DNA from: Octopus sinensis
Taxonomy: Eukaryota
Direction of reading: 5' to 3'
Assembly: GCF_006345805.1 (NCBI RefSeq)
Contig: NC_043019.1
Coordinates: 18,413,360-18,477,359 of the forward strand
Length of the DNA: 64,000 nucleotides
Numbering within the stretch: the stretch's first letter is position 1; each line of letters starts with the position of its first letter. The position numbers and the translations under genes were made by a program. Positions 50,886-63,367 of this stretch are shown in pieces. The notes beneath the pieces are model-generated. The model did no database searches. It saw nothing but the letters and a program-made list of their open reading frames with translations, and was not told the DNA's origin.

Positions 50886-51383
50886 ACGACGGGCTTCTTC
50901 AGTTTCCGTCTACCAAATCCACTCACAAGGTACCATGCAGTGGGATACAACCCGGAGGGTTCGTAAGCAAGCTACTTACCACACAGCCACTCATATATAT
51001 ACACATACACACGACTGGTTTTATTCATTTTCCAGGTACCCAATAGACTCAAAATGTCATGCAATGGGATAATGGTGATAATTCAGAGATTTAAAAGAAA
51101 TAAGGATGATTATAGTTGGAAGGGCAACTCTACTGAAACAAAAAGCATCAAGTCCTCAATACCTTTTGGTAGCAGCAACATTAGCATTTTGGATATAATT
51201 CATCTGTTTTTGTGGATCATAGAATCATCCATGAAGGACGTGTAGAAGTCAGTTATGTCTACTAAAAAATATATCATCATTTAACGCCTGTCTTCCTATA
51301 ACAGTTGACTACAATGCTGCTATGCCAGTCATTGGGTATAATACCTTTCTATACATCCTGATTAACTATATGGGTGAAGTGTG

Positions 51384-52745
51384 TCAGACTGCCAGAAGGA
51401 AAGCTAGGAGGCAGGTTTATTTAGCCAGAGGAGAAGCAGATAAGAAAAAATTTGCCAATGTTCTGTGCCGTGAGGATGAAAGATTTGAGGTATTTCGTGT
51501 TGCAAGACAGTGTGTGAGAGAGAATCGTAATGCGGTAGGAGAGAAATGTGTTCGCATGGATAATGGTTCACTTGCGCTAAATGTGGCTGCAAAGAGAGAG
51601 GTTTGGAGATGCCACTATGAAAAAGTTACTGAATAGAGAAAATGAATGGGAGAAAGGGAGTCTGCCGAATGTCGACCCAACTAAGGGACCAGCTATCCGA
51701 GTTGACAGTACCTTGGTAGATAAGGTAATTAGAAGTATGAAGACAGGAAAAGCCCCAGGCCCATCAGGAATTACTGCAGAGATGCTCAAAATATCTGGCG
51801 GTGTTGGCTATAGCCTAGTCACCCGTATAGTTAACCAGTTGATACACGAAGAAGTCATACCCAATGACTGGTGTAGCAGCATAATAATCAACTGCTACAA
51901 AGGTAAAGGTGACGCTTTAGATATAAATAATTACAGAGGTATCAAGCTGTTGGATCAGGTAATGAAGGTTATGGAGAGGGTCATAGCCCAACTGATTAGG
52001 GAGAGTGTCAGCTTGGATGAGATGCAGTTTGGTTTTGTGCCAGGGAAAAGCACCACTGATGCCATATTTCTGGTAAGAAAGCTGCAGGAGAAATACCTAG
52101 CCAAAGATAAGCCCCTGTACCTGGCTTTCGTTGACATGGAGAAAGCCTTTGACAGGGTCCCTTGATCCCTTATCTGGTGGTCAATGAGGAAACTAGAGAT
52201 AGATGAATGGTTAGTGAGAGCTGTGCGAGCCATGTACAGGGACACTGTAAGTAAGGTGAGGGTTGGCAACGAGTACACTGAAGAATTCAGGGTAGAGGTA
52301 GGGGTCCACCAAGGTTCACTCCTCAGCCCCCATCTATCATAGTCCTGCAGGCAATAACGGAGGAATTCAAGACAGGATGCCCCTGGGAGCTCCTCTTTGC
52401 TGATGACCTTGCTCTAATTGCTGAGTCACTATCAGAACTGGAGGAGAAGTTTCAGGTGTGTAAACAAGGATTAGAATCGAAGGGCCTTAAAATCAACCTA
52501 GCTAAAACCAAAGTCCTTATAAATAGGAAGGCAGGCAAACCACAAATCCCTTCAGGTAGATGGCTCTGCTCGATCTGTAGTAGAGGCATAGGTAGAAGCT
52601 CTATAAGATGTACCCAGTGTAAACTATGGACACATAAGAGGTGCAGTAATATCAAAGGAAGGCTAACGGGGAAGATAGTTTTTGTATGTGGCAGATGCTC
52701 GGGAGCAATAAACACTAAAAATGCAGAGAGAACAACTTCCGCCAC
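51384..52745 (+). mobile_element. RTE-clade LINE copy E, truncated at both ends
   Basis: RT core homologous to copy B with stops; ends after the PHD-like finger. Confidence 0.9.
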
Positions 52746-53562
52746 ATTGAAAAATTGTATGAAAACAAAAAAATTTAGGAAATAGTTATAATTTAATTTG
52801 AAAACTCTAATCCTTTCATAGGAAGCAAAAAAAGTTATTCTATGATGAATGGTAAAATATGCTTGTGGAGAAAGGCTAGGCTAAGAATGTTTGAACATGT
52901 TAAATATCTGTCTTTATGAATGTAATAATATAATGATGGAAAATAATTGAAAATAGTTGGGAATGGACTTAATTTTTAAGTTTTGAAAACCACTGTGATA
53001 ATAACACTTCATAAATGGCTGGGAGACTTTGAGATAAAATATTGGAAAAATAAATAAACATTTATTTTTAATATTTAACTTATATTTCGAATTTCCAGTA
53101 CATGTACACACGCTCATATCAACCAATCTGTCTATCTGTTCATTTATCTATCTATCTATCTGTCTACACACACACACATGCAAATATATCTACACATCCA
53201 CAAATATTTTATAAGCAAGAAACTGTCAAGGCTTCTAGGAATTACTCTTTTATTTTAATAGAAGACAGTTGTACATAGAATCATTATTGGAGATGTTTTT
53301 CAGACCTTTTTGTTTATTAGCTATCATTATTTTTTTTCTGTATTTGTTATTATCAATAATGAAAATAAATATATCTAACATTCACTGGAAACAAAAAGTC
53401 AACCAGCCTCACCTGACTCTCCCCAAAGAAAAAAGAATAAATGTTAGAAAAATTAAAAATGGAGTCTATATATTGAAAGTTTATTGATTAGACATTGTGA
53501 TTATGCTTGTTACTGAAATCTTTTAAGATATATCTTAAGGCTAAATAAGATTTTACAGATAA

Positions 53563-56150
53563 TCATCATCATCATCATCGTTTAGCGTCCGCTTTCCATG
53601 CTAGCAAGGGTTGGACGATTCAACTGGGAAGCCAGAAGGCTGCACCAGGCCCAGTCTGATCTGGCAATGTTTCTACGGTTGGATGCCCTTCCTAACGCCA
53701 ACCACTCCGTGAGTGTAGTGGGTGCTTTTTATGTACCACCAGCACAGGTGCCAGACGAGGCTGGCAAACGGCCACGATCGGATGGTGCTTTTTACGTGCC
53801 ACCAGCATGGAGGCCAGGGGAAGCTGGCAACAGCCACGATCGGATGGTGCTTTTTACATGCCACCGGCACGAAGGCCAGTTGGAGCAGTTCGGATGGTTC
53901 TCTTTGGTTCTCTTACATGCCACCGATACTGGTATCACAACTACAATTTCCATTGATGTTGATCGATTTTGATTTTGATTCTGATTCTCACTTGCCTCAA
54001 CAGGTCTCCACATGTAGAGTTTTGTGTCCCAAGAAGGAAAGGTTTGCATAAGTGGACTGGCATCCCAGGTAGAGGCAATGGGTTATGGTCTCACTTGTCC
54101 TGCCGGGTCTTCTCGCGCACAGCACACTTCCAGAGGACTCGGTCTCTAGTCATTTCCTCAGTGAGACCTAAAGTTTGAAGGTCGTGCTTCACCACCTCGT
54201 CCCAGGTTTTCCTGGGTCTGCCTCTTCCACAGGTTCCCTCAATCGCTAGGGTGTGGTACTTTTTCACACAACTATCTTCATCCATTCTCGCCACATGACC
54301 ATACCAGCGCAATCGTCTCTCTTGCACACCACAACTGATGCTTCTTAGGTCCAGCTTTTCTCTCAAGGTACTTACACTCTGTCGAGTATGAACACTGACA
54401 TTACACATCCATCGGAGCATACTGGTTTCATTTCTTGCAAGCTTACGCATATTCTCAGCTGTCACGGCCCATGTTTCACTGCCATGTAGCATGGCTGTTC
54501 GTACACATGCATCATACAGTCTGCCTTTTACTCTGAGCGAGAGGCCTTTTGTCACCAGCAGAGGTAAAAGCTCTCTAACTTTACTCAGGCTATTCTTACT
54601 CTACCAGTTACACTTTCAGCACACCTGCCCCCACTACTGACTTGGTCACCTAGGTAACGGAAGCTATCAACTATTTCTAGTTTTTCTCCCTGGAATGTGG
54701 CGGAGGTTGGTCTCTGCGCATTTTCAGTGTTTATTGCTCCTGAGCTAGGTATTTCTCCTGGCTAAATACACCTGCCTCCTAGCTTCCCTTCTGGCAGTCT
54801 GATACACTTCCCTGCTACCACCGTTCTTCCAGTCCTTCCAAGCCTGTTTCTTTTGTCTAATAGCCCTGTCAACAATATTGTTCCACCACCACGTTATTTT
54901 GGGTCTTGAGGGGACTTTGCACCAGCCACAGATTTGGTCAGTGGCTTTCAGCAGGTTGTCCCTTAGAAGCGTCCAGTTATCTTCTACCCCATGTGTAGCT
55001 ATACCCCCTTCTATTTCGTCGAAGGCTTCAAGTAACATGTCTCTAAATCTCTCTGTCCATTTGCAGGGTCTTTAAGCTTCCAGACCCTTCTTCTCCATGC
55101 TGGTCGTCTTCTAGTCGTCCTCTTAGTCCTGATCCTAAAGTCACTAACTACCAGTCTATGTTGTGGGGTACATTCTTCACCTGGGAAGGTTTTGGCATTT
55201 ATAAGCAGCTATCTTTCCCTTTTTCTGGCAAGGATGTAGTCGATTTGGCTAGTATGCCGGCCCGATCGGTAGGTGACCAAGTGGCTTGTTGGTTTCCTGA
55301 AGTTAATGTTGCAAACCATAAGACTATTCGCATCACAGAACTCCAGCAGCCTGGTTCCCTCCTCGTTGCGGGAACCATAACCGTAGCCTCCATGTACGCC
55401 ATGGAAGCCCCCAGCATATCGTCCAACATGCCCATTGAAGTCACCAGCCACAAAGAGAAGGTCCCTGTTGTTTGTCAATGAGGTTGTCTGCAGTTGGGTG
55501 TCATAGAAAGGGTCTTTCTGTCCATCGGGTAGCCCTGGCTGAGGGGCATAGGCCAATATAATAGAGTTACTAAACTATGATGGAGCACTAATCTAATCTT
55601 CAGTATTCTGTCACATACTCTGACTACCTCGATTACCTTATCTACCCATTTTTCGGCAATAAGTATACCCACACCCCCAACCCCATCAGTATTCCCAGCC
55701 CAGAAAATCTTGTACCACTCTCCTTTACCTGTGAGGAACCTAGCAGAACCTCTCTCCACCTCACTTCTTGAATACAGCATATATCGACACACCGCCGTTC
55801 AAGCAATTCTACGATCTTGCCAGATCTGCCTTTCAGTGTGCCAACCCTGAGGGAGTGGGAGGTAATGGCCCTAGTAGCATCATGAACCTGAAAAGAAAAC
55901 TCGCGTTTGGCAGGATTCATAGACGAACAATAAAATTCAAGTTCAGACCACGTACGCTACACTAACATATCTTGCAATGAATGACCACTACCTTTTATGG
56001 AAGGAGGTGTGGGTGGCGTAAGACTTTGAAGTGTCATGGCAGACAACAAGGATGAGAAAATTTAGGACTTCTTGTAGCGGTGGGGGCGGCGTAAGACTTT
56101 GAAGTGTACATGGGAGACAACAAGGATGAGAAAATTTAGGACTTCCTGTA
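53563..56150 (-). mobile_element. RTE-clade LINE copy F retaining the 5' UTR and APE N-terminus, with the RT core deleted
   Basis: RVGTLKGRS...DICCIQEVRWR, AYAPQPG, VAGDFNGHVG; deletion junctions near 54735-54755; ~70-bp tandem duplication at about 56005-56150. Confidence 0.88.
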
Positions 56151-56271
56151 ACAGTGGAGGGGTGGGAGGGTGGGCGCATCCGCTAAAACTAGCAGCCATG
56201 TGTGAGCGCCACTGGGAAGGAAAACTTATATCAGTAGGTATAAAATAAGGAGCTATAAAATTATAAATATA

Positions 56272-58046
56272 TCTCTTATTATAAAAGGCAGATTTTATCT
56301 GCCTCCCTTTGTATCTTATAGAAATCTACAATATAGGATTTCTTCAATTACAATTTACCTAGCATTTTTAAGAGTAGAATGCATCGGGTCGTGCCAGGTC
56401 CAGTTTTTAAAATTTCAACCCCAATTAAGCAAAATTTAGAGAAAACTCACACTCACATTGTGGTGTATAAGTCAAATGCTTTTCTTAGTGTGGCCTACAC
56501 CACACGCACACGCACACACACAGTGTGCAACGAATAAAGTGAAAGTAATTCACTTTTTGTAGTGAGTGACTCTTTCACTCTGCCACTTCCTCTTTACACA
56601 CATAGGCACGCAAATATATAAATAAAATTGTAAGCTAACGTGTGTGTGTGTGTGTGAGGGTGTGTGTGCGTGAGTGTGTGACAGGAAAGTTTTTTAGGAC
56701 GAATATAAGACCTATATCCAAGTAGCAGAAAGATCGCCCAAAAGTGTATATAGATATTTAAATGTATTTATATATTCATCTATACACAGATGTATGTATA
56801 ATGTGTGTGTATATATTTCCATACACGTAACCATTCACTCCGCACAAAGTTTTTTAGGACGAAAATAAGATCTAAAGTTATCTCTAAGTAGCACAAAGAT
56901 CGCCCAAAAGTGTATATAGATATATAAATGTATTTATATATTCATCTATGCACACATGTATGTATAACGTGTGTGTATATATTTCCATAGAGGTAACCAT
57001 CATTCACTCCATACAAAGTTTTTTAGGACGAAAATAAAATCTAAAGTTATCTCTAAGAAACAGAAAGATCGCCCAAAAGTGTATATAGATATTTAAATGT
57101 ATTTATATAATCATCTATACACACATGTATGTATAATGTGCGTGTATATATTTCCATAGAGGTAACCATTCAATCCATACAAAGTTTTTTAGGACGAAAA
57201 TATTTATATATAAAAGAAAGGTTGTGTGTCTGTCTACTCCGATTTAGATTCCTAACTACTCCCACATTTTGCGATGCAGTTTAACCAAAACCGGGTATCT
57301 TATAGTCATGATTCATATCGAGCCCTTCTGGGTATTAGCGTGCGTCTACGATGAGTCTATGATTTTACAAATAATTTACCATCATTTTTTTCCATTTTAA
57401 TGCATATTTTTTAAATAAAGGGAAGTAGCTCTCAAACTTCACACCAATATGCGTGCTCATATGCGACGTAATATCACATCAGCAGCATTTCCTCACATCC
57501 TCCTTGCACTTGGTGAAGGCAAAATACCAGGGGATGAAAATGGTAATATTGCCATCGATTCCATTTGTACCATTGTTAAGACGCCTTCTGATCTCAGAGA
57601 TGCAGTGTTCCCAGATCTACAAGCTAATTATCAGAATATGGATTGGATTGGCAAAAAGGCTATACTGGCCCCGAGGAATAAAACTGTTCACCATATTAAT
57701 GATGAAATGCTAAAACTCATTCCTGGGGAAGTCTATGTATATCAGTCTATCGATACAACTCCTGACCCAGAGGACGTCATCAACTATCCAATAGAGGTAC
57801 TCAATTCCTTTGAGCACCCCGGACTACCACCTCACTTTCTCAAACTTAAAGTTGGTGCCCCTATAATGCTCATCAGAAATTTGTTTCCCCCAAAACAATG
57901 CAATGGCACACGTTTGATCGTTAAGTCCTTATCTCCCACCGTAAGCTTATATCAATATTTGCCTGAATAATCATCATAATTCAGTGCAATCATTAACAGT
58001 ACTTTCAAGCAATTCAGCCCCGAGCAACGCCGGGCAATTCTGCTAG
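56272..58046 (+). mobile_element. Composite Helitron with internal ~165-bp tandem repeats and a helicase fragment
   Basis: A|TC start at 56272; repeats starting 56686, 56846, 57015 and 57181; 57200-57430 homologous to the 14533 Helitron; same hairpin and CTAG|T end. Confidence 0.75.
57449..57950 (+). pseudogene. Helitron PIF1-family helicase fragment
   Basis: LLALGEGK, AILAPRN..V..IN, YQSID, LPPHFLKLKVGAPIMLIRNL...CNGTRLIV. Confidence 0.9.
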
Positions 58047-58579
58047 TTTATTCTATATTTAACGAGATGTGAGGCTGATTGATAAAATTAGGGGGGGCGA
58101 TCTATAGGATTATATATATATATTTAACACAGTACATGATATATTTGAGAAGAACTAATGAATTATACATAATATATAACACGAGGCGAGGCTGAAATAA
58201 ACAGAGTAACAGTGAAAAAGTCAACATAAATAGAGATAAAACATGGGAAACTAAAGATCATCAATTTACTGCCTCTGATTAGATATTTTTCATAGTCGCA
58301 CCAAGACACTTTTCGAAGGTGCTTTCCTCCATGTGTTTTATTATTACCCACAAGGGGCGAACATAGATGGGACAATACAATCTGATGATGGGGTCAGATA
58401 CACGAATGGGTTTTACAACAAAGTGAATTTTAAAAATTTACAGAAAATTACAAAAATAGAAAGAAATCGAATGTTGGAACAGACCGGAAGACATTACGGA
58501 TGGAGTGGGAGCAGGTTTAGCTCGGACCCCACGAGCCCCGCCTCCCCACTGATACTTTTGGTTTCGTTTGGTTTTACAT

Positions 58580-61500
58580 TTATGTTGTATCATTCACTCG
58601 CAACTTTCGTGCTACATCTTTCCATCGTTCTTCATACACTCTCTTAGTGAAGCATATTCTCTCCAGCCCTATCTTCCTTTTCAGGTGAAAGATGAAATAA
58701 TTCATCAAACCAGGGCCGGAGATGAACTTGCCTGACTGTAAACCTTTCATTCTCGTCTTCCATATCACCTCTTTCGCAATTGCTACTACAACGAGAAAAC
58801 AAAACTTACCTTCATTCGCGAGGAAATCCGGTGGGTCAATTTTTGTAATCGACTCAGTCAACAGCTGTACTCTTCGTGTACCTGACAACAGCTGTTCGGC
58901 ATAAACCCACACCTCAGACACGTCCGGACAATGAACAATAGCATGCGGGACGGTTTCCCTATCCCGCCCGCATCTTGGACATATCGGACTGTCTTGGCCA
59001 CCATGCCTTGCGAGTTTATCCCGAACAGGTAGAGCTCCTCTGTAGCATTGCCATGCCAGAGACTTCTGGAAGTTGTCCAGTGTCTTCGGCTTGAACATAC
59101 GTCGGAACAGACTGGCCAGCTGATTATTGTCGAGACCTAGGGCTTCTCCCAAGGTATCTTCACCTTCCGCCTCTACCAACCCTCTATAGAAGAATGTGGT
59201 GGAACCCCCACCGCAGGCGTTGCCCGAGCGACGGAATAGCAGGAGAGCCTTGCGACACTCCATGTACCAAGTGCCAAGTTTCGATCTACGATTCAGCCAG
59301 GTTTCCCATCCACCGAAACTAGTGAACTTGGGAAACATCAGTTTTGCTAGCGGAGACCACACCCGTTCACCATCCAGGTAGAGCCACAGATGTCTTAACC
59401 TCAGCGCATGTCTGCGCATCATCAGCCAAGGCATCCCTAGCCCACCCTTTAACGGTTGTTGACAGCAAGTAGAGCGTTTCACAAGTGGTTTCCCGCCCTT
59501 CCACAAGAAGTAGAAGAGCTGTCTTTCCAACTTGATCAACCACGAATCAGGGCGAGGAACGACGGAAAGGCGGAAGGTGATAACCGATGCGATAAACACA
59601 TTGGCGACCTCCGCCCTCCCTTTCAGGGATAGCCACCGCCAAGACCAGGTCTTGGCTACTGCAGCCACCTTGCTCGTTACCTCGCCCCAATTCTTCTCTA
59701 TTTGGAGGTCTGGACCGAACCAGACCCCTAGCAATTTAATCGGACCCTCCGTCCAATGTCCCACGACGCTGTCAGGAGGCATCGACTTGCCTCTCCAGGT
59801 GCCGAGTTGCAAGCCGACTGACTTTTCGCGATTAACTTTTGCTCCTGTCACCGTCTCGTAAACCTCTATGGCCTTGCCTACTTTACGTAGGTGGTCCATT
59901 TCGGTTACGATGATGGTGATGTCATCTGCGTACGCTGACACTGATTTTCCATTACCTGGCTGTCTCGGGATGCCGCTCAGTTTTCGCAGTAATGGCTCTA
60001 GAGCCATCATGTACAAAAGCGGAGAGAGCGGACACCCTTGACGAACCGAGCGTTTGATTTTGAACGGCTTCGAGAAGAAGCCGTTCACCCGAACTACCGA
60101 GTCGATGTTATCATAAATTTGGATAATCCACCTGAGGAAGCCAAGGCTCAGCCCGAACTGTGCCAGGGCAGATACCAGGTAACGATGGTCGACCCTATCA
60201 AAAGCTTTAGATTGGTCTAAATGGACCAGTGCCCCACCCTTGCCAGAATTACTATTAAACCCCTCTATAGTGTACTGCATTAGATGGAGATTATCCTGAA
60301 TGGATCTGCCTGGAACGGCACATGTCTGTGCCCCTCCGATCAGACCATCCGCGACACGCGCCAATCTTTTCGATAACACTTTGGCCAAAATCTTCAACTC
60401 TGTGTTTAGCAGAGTGATGGGCCTGAAATTATCAATGCACTCCCCCTTGCTCGGGTCCTTTCTGACAAGAGTCACTACTCCCCGGCGCACAGATCTGGGT
60501 ATAAGCCCGTTCTGCTGCCAGTTCGCATAGACCTCCGCCAGTAGGTGCCCGAACAAGTCTGGCATACTCTTATATAACTCATAGGGTAGACCATCCAAAC
60601 CCGGCGCCTTGCCCGCGCCGCAGTCCGCCATTGCCTCGACCACCTCCTCAGGCGTGATTGGCCCTTCACAGCCCTCCGCATCTCGCCCCGATAAGCGCGG
60701 CAGCCCGTCGAGTAGGTCCGTAAAAGCCCTCCTCCTATCCAGTCCGCCGCACTCACCGAAAAGCTGAGCGAAGTGCTCCTGAAAGGCCTCACACATCTCC
60801 TCGGGTTCGTTTATCAACTCACCTTGTTGGTTCGTCAAAGATCGAATCGTGGCATCGTTACCATGCTGTGCTTCCACCACTCGGGCCCATCTCACGGCGT
60901 TGATTCCTTCACATCCCATATGGCGGATCCTAGCCCTGACAATGCAGCCCATGTGTTTGGCCTCGAGGTGCTGGTTTAACACCAGTCTCTTGGACGCCAC
61001 CTGAGCCGCAGAGCCAGTTTTCATGGCTTCCTCTAATTCCTTAACTAGAGTAGTTTCCCTTCTAGCCTCTCTAGCCACTACTCCTATGCTATATCTAATA
61101 GACTCAAACTTGATGGCTCGTTTGAGGGCGTACCACCATTTGTTATTAACGATGGTACCAGATAGTGCCCTCTGAATTATATCCCTAATCCGGTCTTTGT
61201 ACTCCTTAATCGCCAAATGGGACGTATTAAGTTTCCAGTAACCGGATCCTCTATTTTTAACCTTATCTATGTCAAGCTTACAAGTGACCATTTTATGATC
61301 ACTGTAGCTGGCCGGGTAAAACTGTGGACACTTAGCTATTTTACTGTCTACTTTTCTAATTAGTATTCTATCTAAATATGACCTGGAAGATCCGTCGCTG
61401 TTTGACCATGTCCACAATGGAGCGTTCGGAAATTCCAGCCTATAAGGATCTGCTAGCTCAAAGTGGCTTAGCAGTTCCATGAAGCCACTGTTACCTTTTC

Positions 61501-61975
61501 TATCTGGACGCGAGCCAACACAATCTACATCCGCTTTGCAAATTGTGTTAAAGTCTCCTAGCACAACTAATGAATGCGAAGTACCAAGAAAGTTTTCTAG
61601 TTCACGAAAATAATCACTTTGCCCTGTATGGTTGGGTGCGTAAATTGCAACCAGTCTGATAACTTTACCATTACTGAACGTCAAATCCATGACGACCAGC
61701 CTACCTTCTGGATCTGCAAAAATTAACTTTTTCTCAGAAACCCGGTTTCTTTTTATTAGGACCAACACCCCACTTCCGCCAGTAGGACTGCCAGGAGAGA
61801 AAAAACTCTCGTAGCCGTCAAACAGCGGGAGTAGACCTCTTGGCCCCTCTAACCGGGTTTCTGTAGCAACAATAACATCTAAATTACGCGACCTGATATC
61901 ATGCAGGAAGCGACCTTGCTTCCAGCCTGCTCCCAGGCCGCGCACATTCAAACAACCAACATAAATGCAATCCAT
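58580..61975 (-). CDS. Tx1-type ORF2: APE endonuclease, reverse transcriptase and C-terminal Zn finger (1131 aa)
   Basis: CLNVRG, ATET, LGDFN, YLDRI, SDH; KAPGLDG, FRPITLLN, DQSKAFDRV, VRQGCPLSP, YADD; CPRCG...H...C. Confidence 0.95.
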   Translation of the reverse strand: MDCIYVGCLNVRGLGAGWKQGRFLHDIRSRNLDVIVATETRLEGPRGLLPLFDGYESFFSPGSPTGGSGVLVLIKRNRVSEKKLIFADPEGRLVVMDLTFSNGKVIRLVAIYAPNHTGQSDYFRELENFLGTSHSLVVLGDFNTICKADVDCVGSRPDRKGNSGFMELLSHFELADPYRLEFPNAPLWTWSNSDGSSRSYLDRILIRKVDSKIAKCPQFYPASYSDHKMVTCKLDIDKVKNRGSGYWKLNTSHLAIKEYKDRIRDIIQRALSGTIVNNKWWYALKRAIKFESIRYSIGVVAREARRETTLVKELEEAMKTGSAAQVASKRLVLNQHLEAKHMGCIVRARIRHMGCEGINAVRWARVVEAQHGNDATIRSLTNQQGELINEPEEMCEAFQEHFAQLFGECGGLDRRRAFTDLLDGLPRLSGRDAEGCEGPITPEEVVEAMADCGAGKAPGLDGLPYELYKSMPDLFGHLLAEVYANWQQNGLIPRSVRRGVVTLVRKDPSKGECIDNFRPITLLNTELKILAKVLSKRLARVADGLIGGAQTCAVPGRSIQDNLHLMQYTIEGFNSNSGKGGALVHLDQSKAFDRVDHRYLVSALAQFGLSLGFLRWIIQIYDNIDSVVRVNGFFSKPFKIKRSVRQGCPLSPLLYMMALEPLLRKLSGIPRQPGNGKSVSAYADDITIIVTEMDHLRKVGKAIEVYETVTGAKVNREKSVGLQLGTWRGKSMPPDSVVGHWTEGPIKLLGVWFGPDLQIEKNWGEVTSKVAAVAKTWSWRWLSLKGRAEVANVFIASVITFRLSVVPRPDSWLIKLERQLFYFLWKGGKPLVKRSTCCQQPLKGGLGMPWLMMRRHALRLRHLWLYLDGERVWSPLAKLMFPKFTSFGGWETWLNRRSKLGTWYMECRKALLLFRRSGNACGGGSTTFFYRGLVEAEGEDTLGEALGLDNNQLASLFRRMFKPKTLDNFQKSLAWQCYRGALPVRDKLARHGGQDSPICPRCGRDRETVPHAIVHCPDVSEVWVYAEQLLSGTRRVQLLTESITKIDPPDFLANEGKFCFLVVVAIAKEVIWKTRMKGLQSGKFISGPGLMNYFIFHLKRKIGLERICFTKRVYEERWKDVARKLRVNDTT

Positions 61976-61984
61976 TACTTACCT

Positions 61985-63367
61985 TTATATCAGTGGTTCG
62001 GTTTTCCCTCGTTCTTCCAACTCTTTTTCTGGGCCTCGTGGGGGAGTCTGACGTAGGCCCTCGAATATATGTGGAGATGTCACCTCCAATCTAAGTGGGC
62101 CTACGTCGTGGAAGAATTCGGATTTTATCCGCCTGTAATCCTTCCGGCCTATTCTGTAGATCACAAAGTCATTTTTCTTTTCCACTTTCTCCACCTTGGC
62201 CATAGCAGCCAACATGTTTCCTAGTCTGCTATTCGCTGCCTTTACGGCCATATATGAGTCCATTGTCTCTCTCTTCTTTTTTAAAATTATTCTGGGAGGG
62301 GTGGTATCCGTTTTTCTTTTTTTTTTTTCGGTAATTTTTTTCCACCCCTCCTCATTTATCTTTTCCTCGCTCTTGTTCTCCTCCGCCGCTGGTTCTGCTG
62401 TCACCGTCACCTCCACACCTTCGGTCTTCCCTTCTGGGCCGTCCGACGTTGCTTCTGGTGACACTTCTTTTTCTCTTGGCTTCGGTGCTTCCTGCAGTTT
62501 GGGTTGGGGTTGGCATTCCGCCCTTACATGACCCTTCTTGCCGCAGCCGAAGCACCTCGGCCTCCTGCCCTCCACGAAAACAGTTATTTTTTCCTCTTCG
62601 CTAATTTTTACTGTTTCTGGAATTTCTTCCAGTGTTTGTGTCTCCGCCTGAATGGCTATCACTATCTTTTGTCCTTTCCAGAACTCCTCTTCTTCCACTG
62701 TGGCCTGGAGGATGTTTATTTTTTCCTCCAGGCCTACCATCACTGCTGCCACTAGACATTCTGCATCTGCCTCTGGGGGAATGTTGTTCATTGTGATTTT
62801 TGATGTCCGCTTTCCTCTATATAATGGTAATAGAACGATGTTTTCTGCTTTGAAAGTCTCCATTGATAGTTTTTTCGCTATCTCTTCAGAGGTAAAACGC
62901 ACCTCCACTGTGCCGTATTTTTTACCTCTGTTTATATATGTTATTTTGTCCATTATTGGTTTCAAACATAACTCTATTTTTTTCTCCTCGATTTTCTGAA
63001 TCATTCTTGTAGCTGTGTTGTACGTTATGTAAATAATTCTTTTCCTCTCTATATCTTCATGTTTCTGTACGTCTGCGACCACAGTTACTTCCGTGCCCTC
63101 TTTCTTTACACTGTCTGCGAATTTTTCTAGATTTTCAATGTTTATTGTTTTAATTTTTTTCCCAGCTACTTCAGCGAATTTTTTTGCTGGAGTTGATGCT
63201 GGTATTGATTTTTCTATTTTTTGGGGCGACGCCGCCTCCTTTTTCTTTGGCGATAACGCCTCTTTTTTTCTTGGCGACAACGCCTCTTTTTTTCCTGATG
63301 TCAACGCCGGGTATTCGTCCTCGCACGTCACGGGCGAATAGGAGATGGGGGACTCCATCTTAAACAA
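61985..63367 (-). CDS. Tx1-type ORF1, nucleic-acid-binding protein (460 aa)
   Basis: RRM-like GTVEVRF segment, CCHC knuckle CFGCGKKGHVRAEC, basic C-terminal region. Confidence 0.85.
   Translation of the reverse strand: MFKMESPISYSPVTCEDEYPALTSGKKEALSPRKKEALSPKKKEAASPQKIEKSIPASTPAKKFAEVAGKKIKTINIENLEKFADSVKKEGTEVTVVADVQKHEDIERKRIIYITYNTATRMIQKIEEKKIELCLKPIMDKITYINRGKKYGTVEVRFTSEEIAKKLSMETFKAENIVLLPLYRGKRTSKITMNNIPPEADAECLVAAVMVGLEEKINILQATVEEEEFWKGQKIVIAIQAETQTLEEIPETVKISEEEKITVFVEGRRPRCFGCGKKGHVRAECQPQPKLQEAPKPREKEVSPEATSDGPEGKTEGVEVTVTAEPAAEENKSEEKINEEGWKKITEKKKRKTDTTPPRIILKKKRETMDSYMAVKAANSRLGNMLAAMAKVEKVEKKNDFVIYRIGRKDYRRIKSEFFHDVGPLRLEVTSPHIFEGLRQTPPRGPEKELEERGKTEPLI

Noticed and set aside
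56160-56225. HDV-like ribozyme at the RTE copy F 5' end
   Set aside because: Only a simple GGCGC/GCGCC hairpin; P1.1, P2 and P4 could not be assigned.
58382-58420. CUGAUGA in the Tx1 3' UTR antisense strand
   Set aside because: No GAAA or cleavage-site helix.
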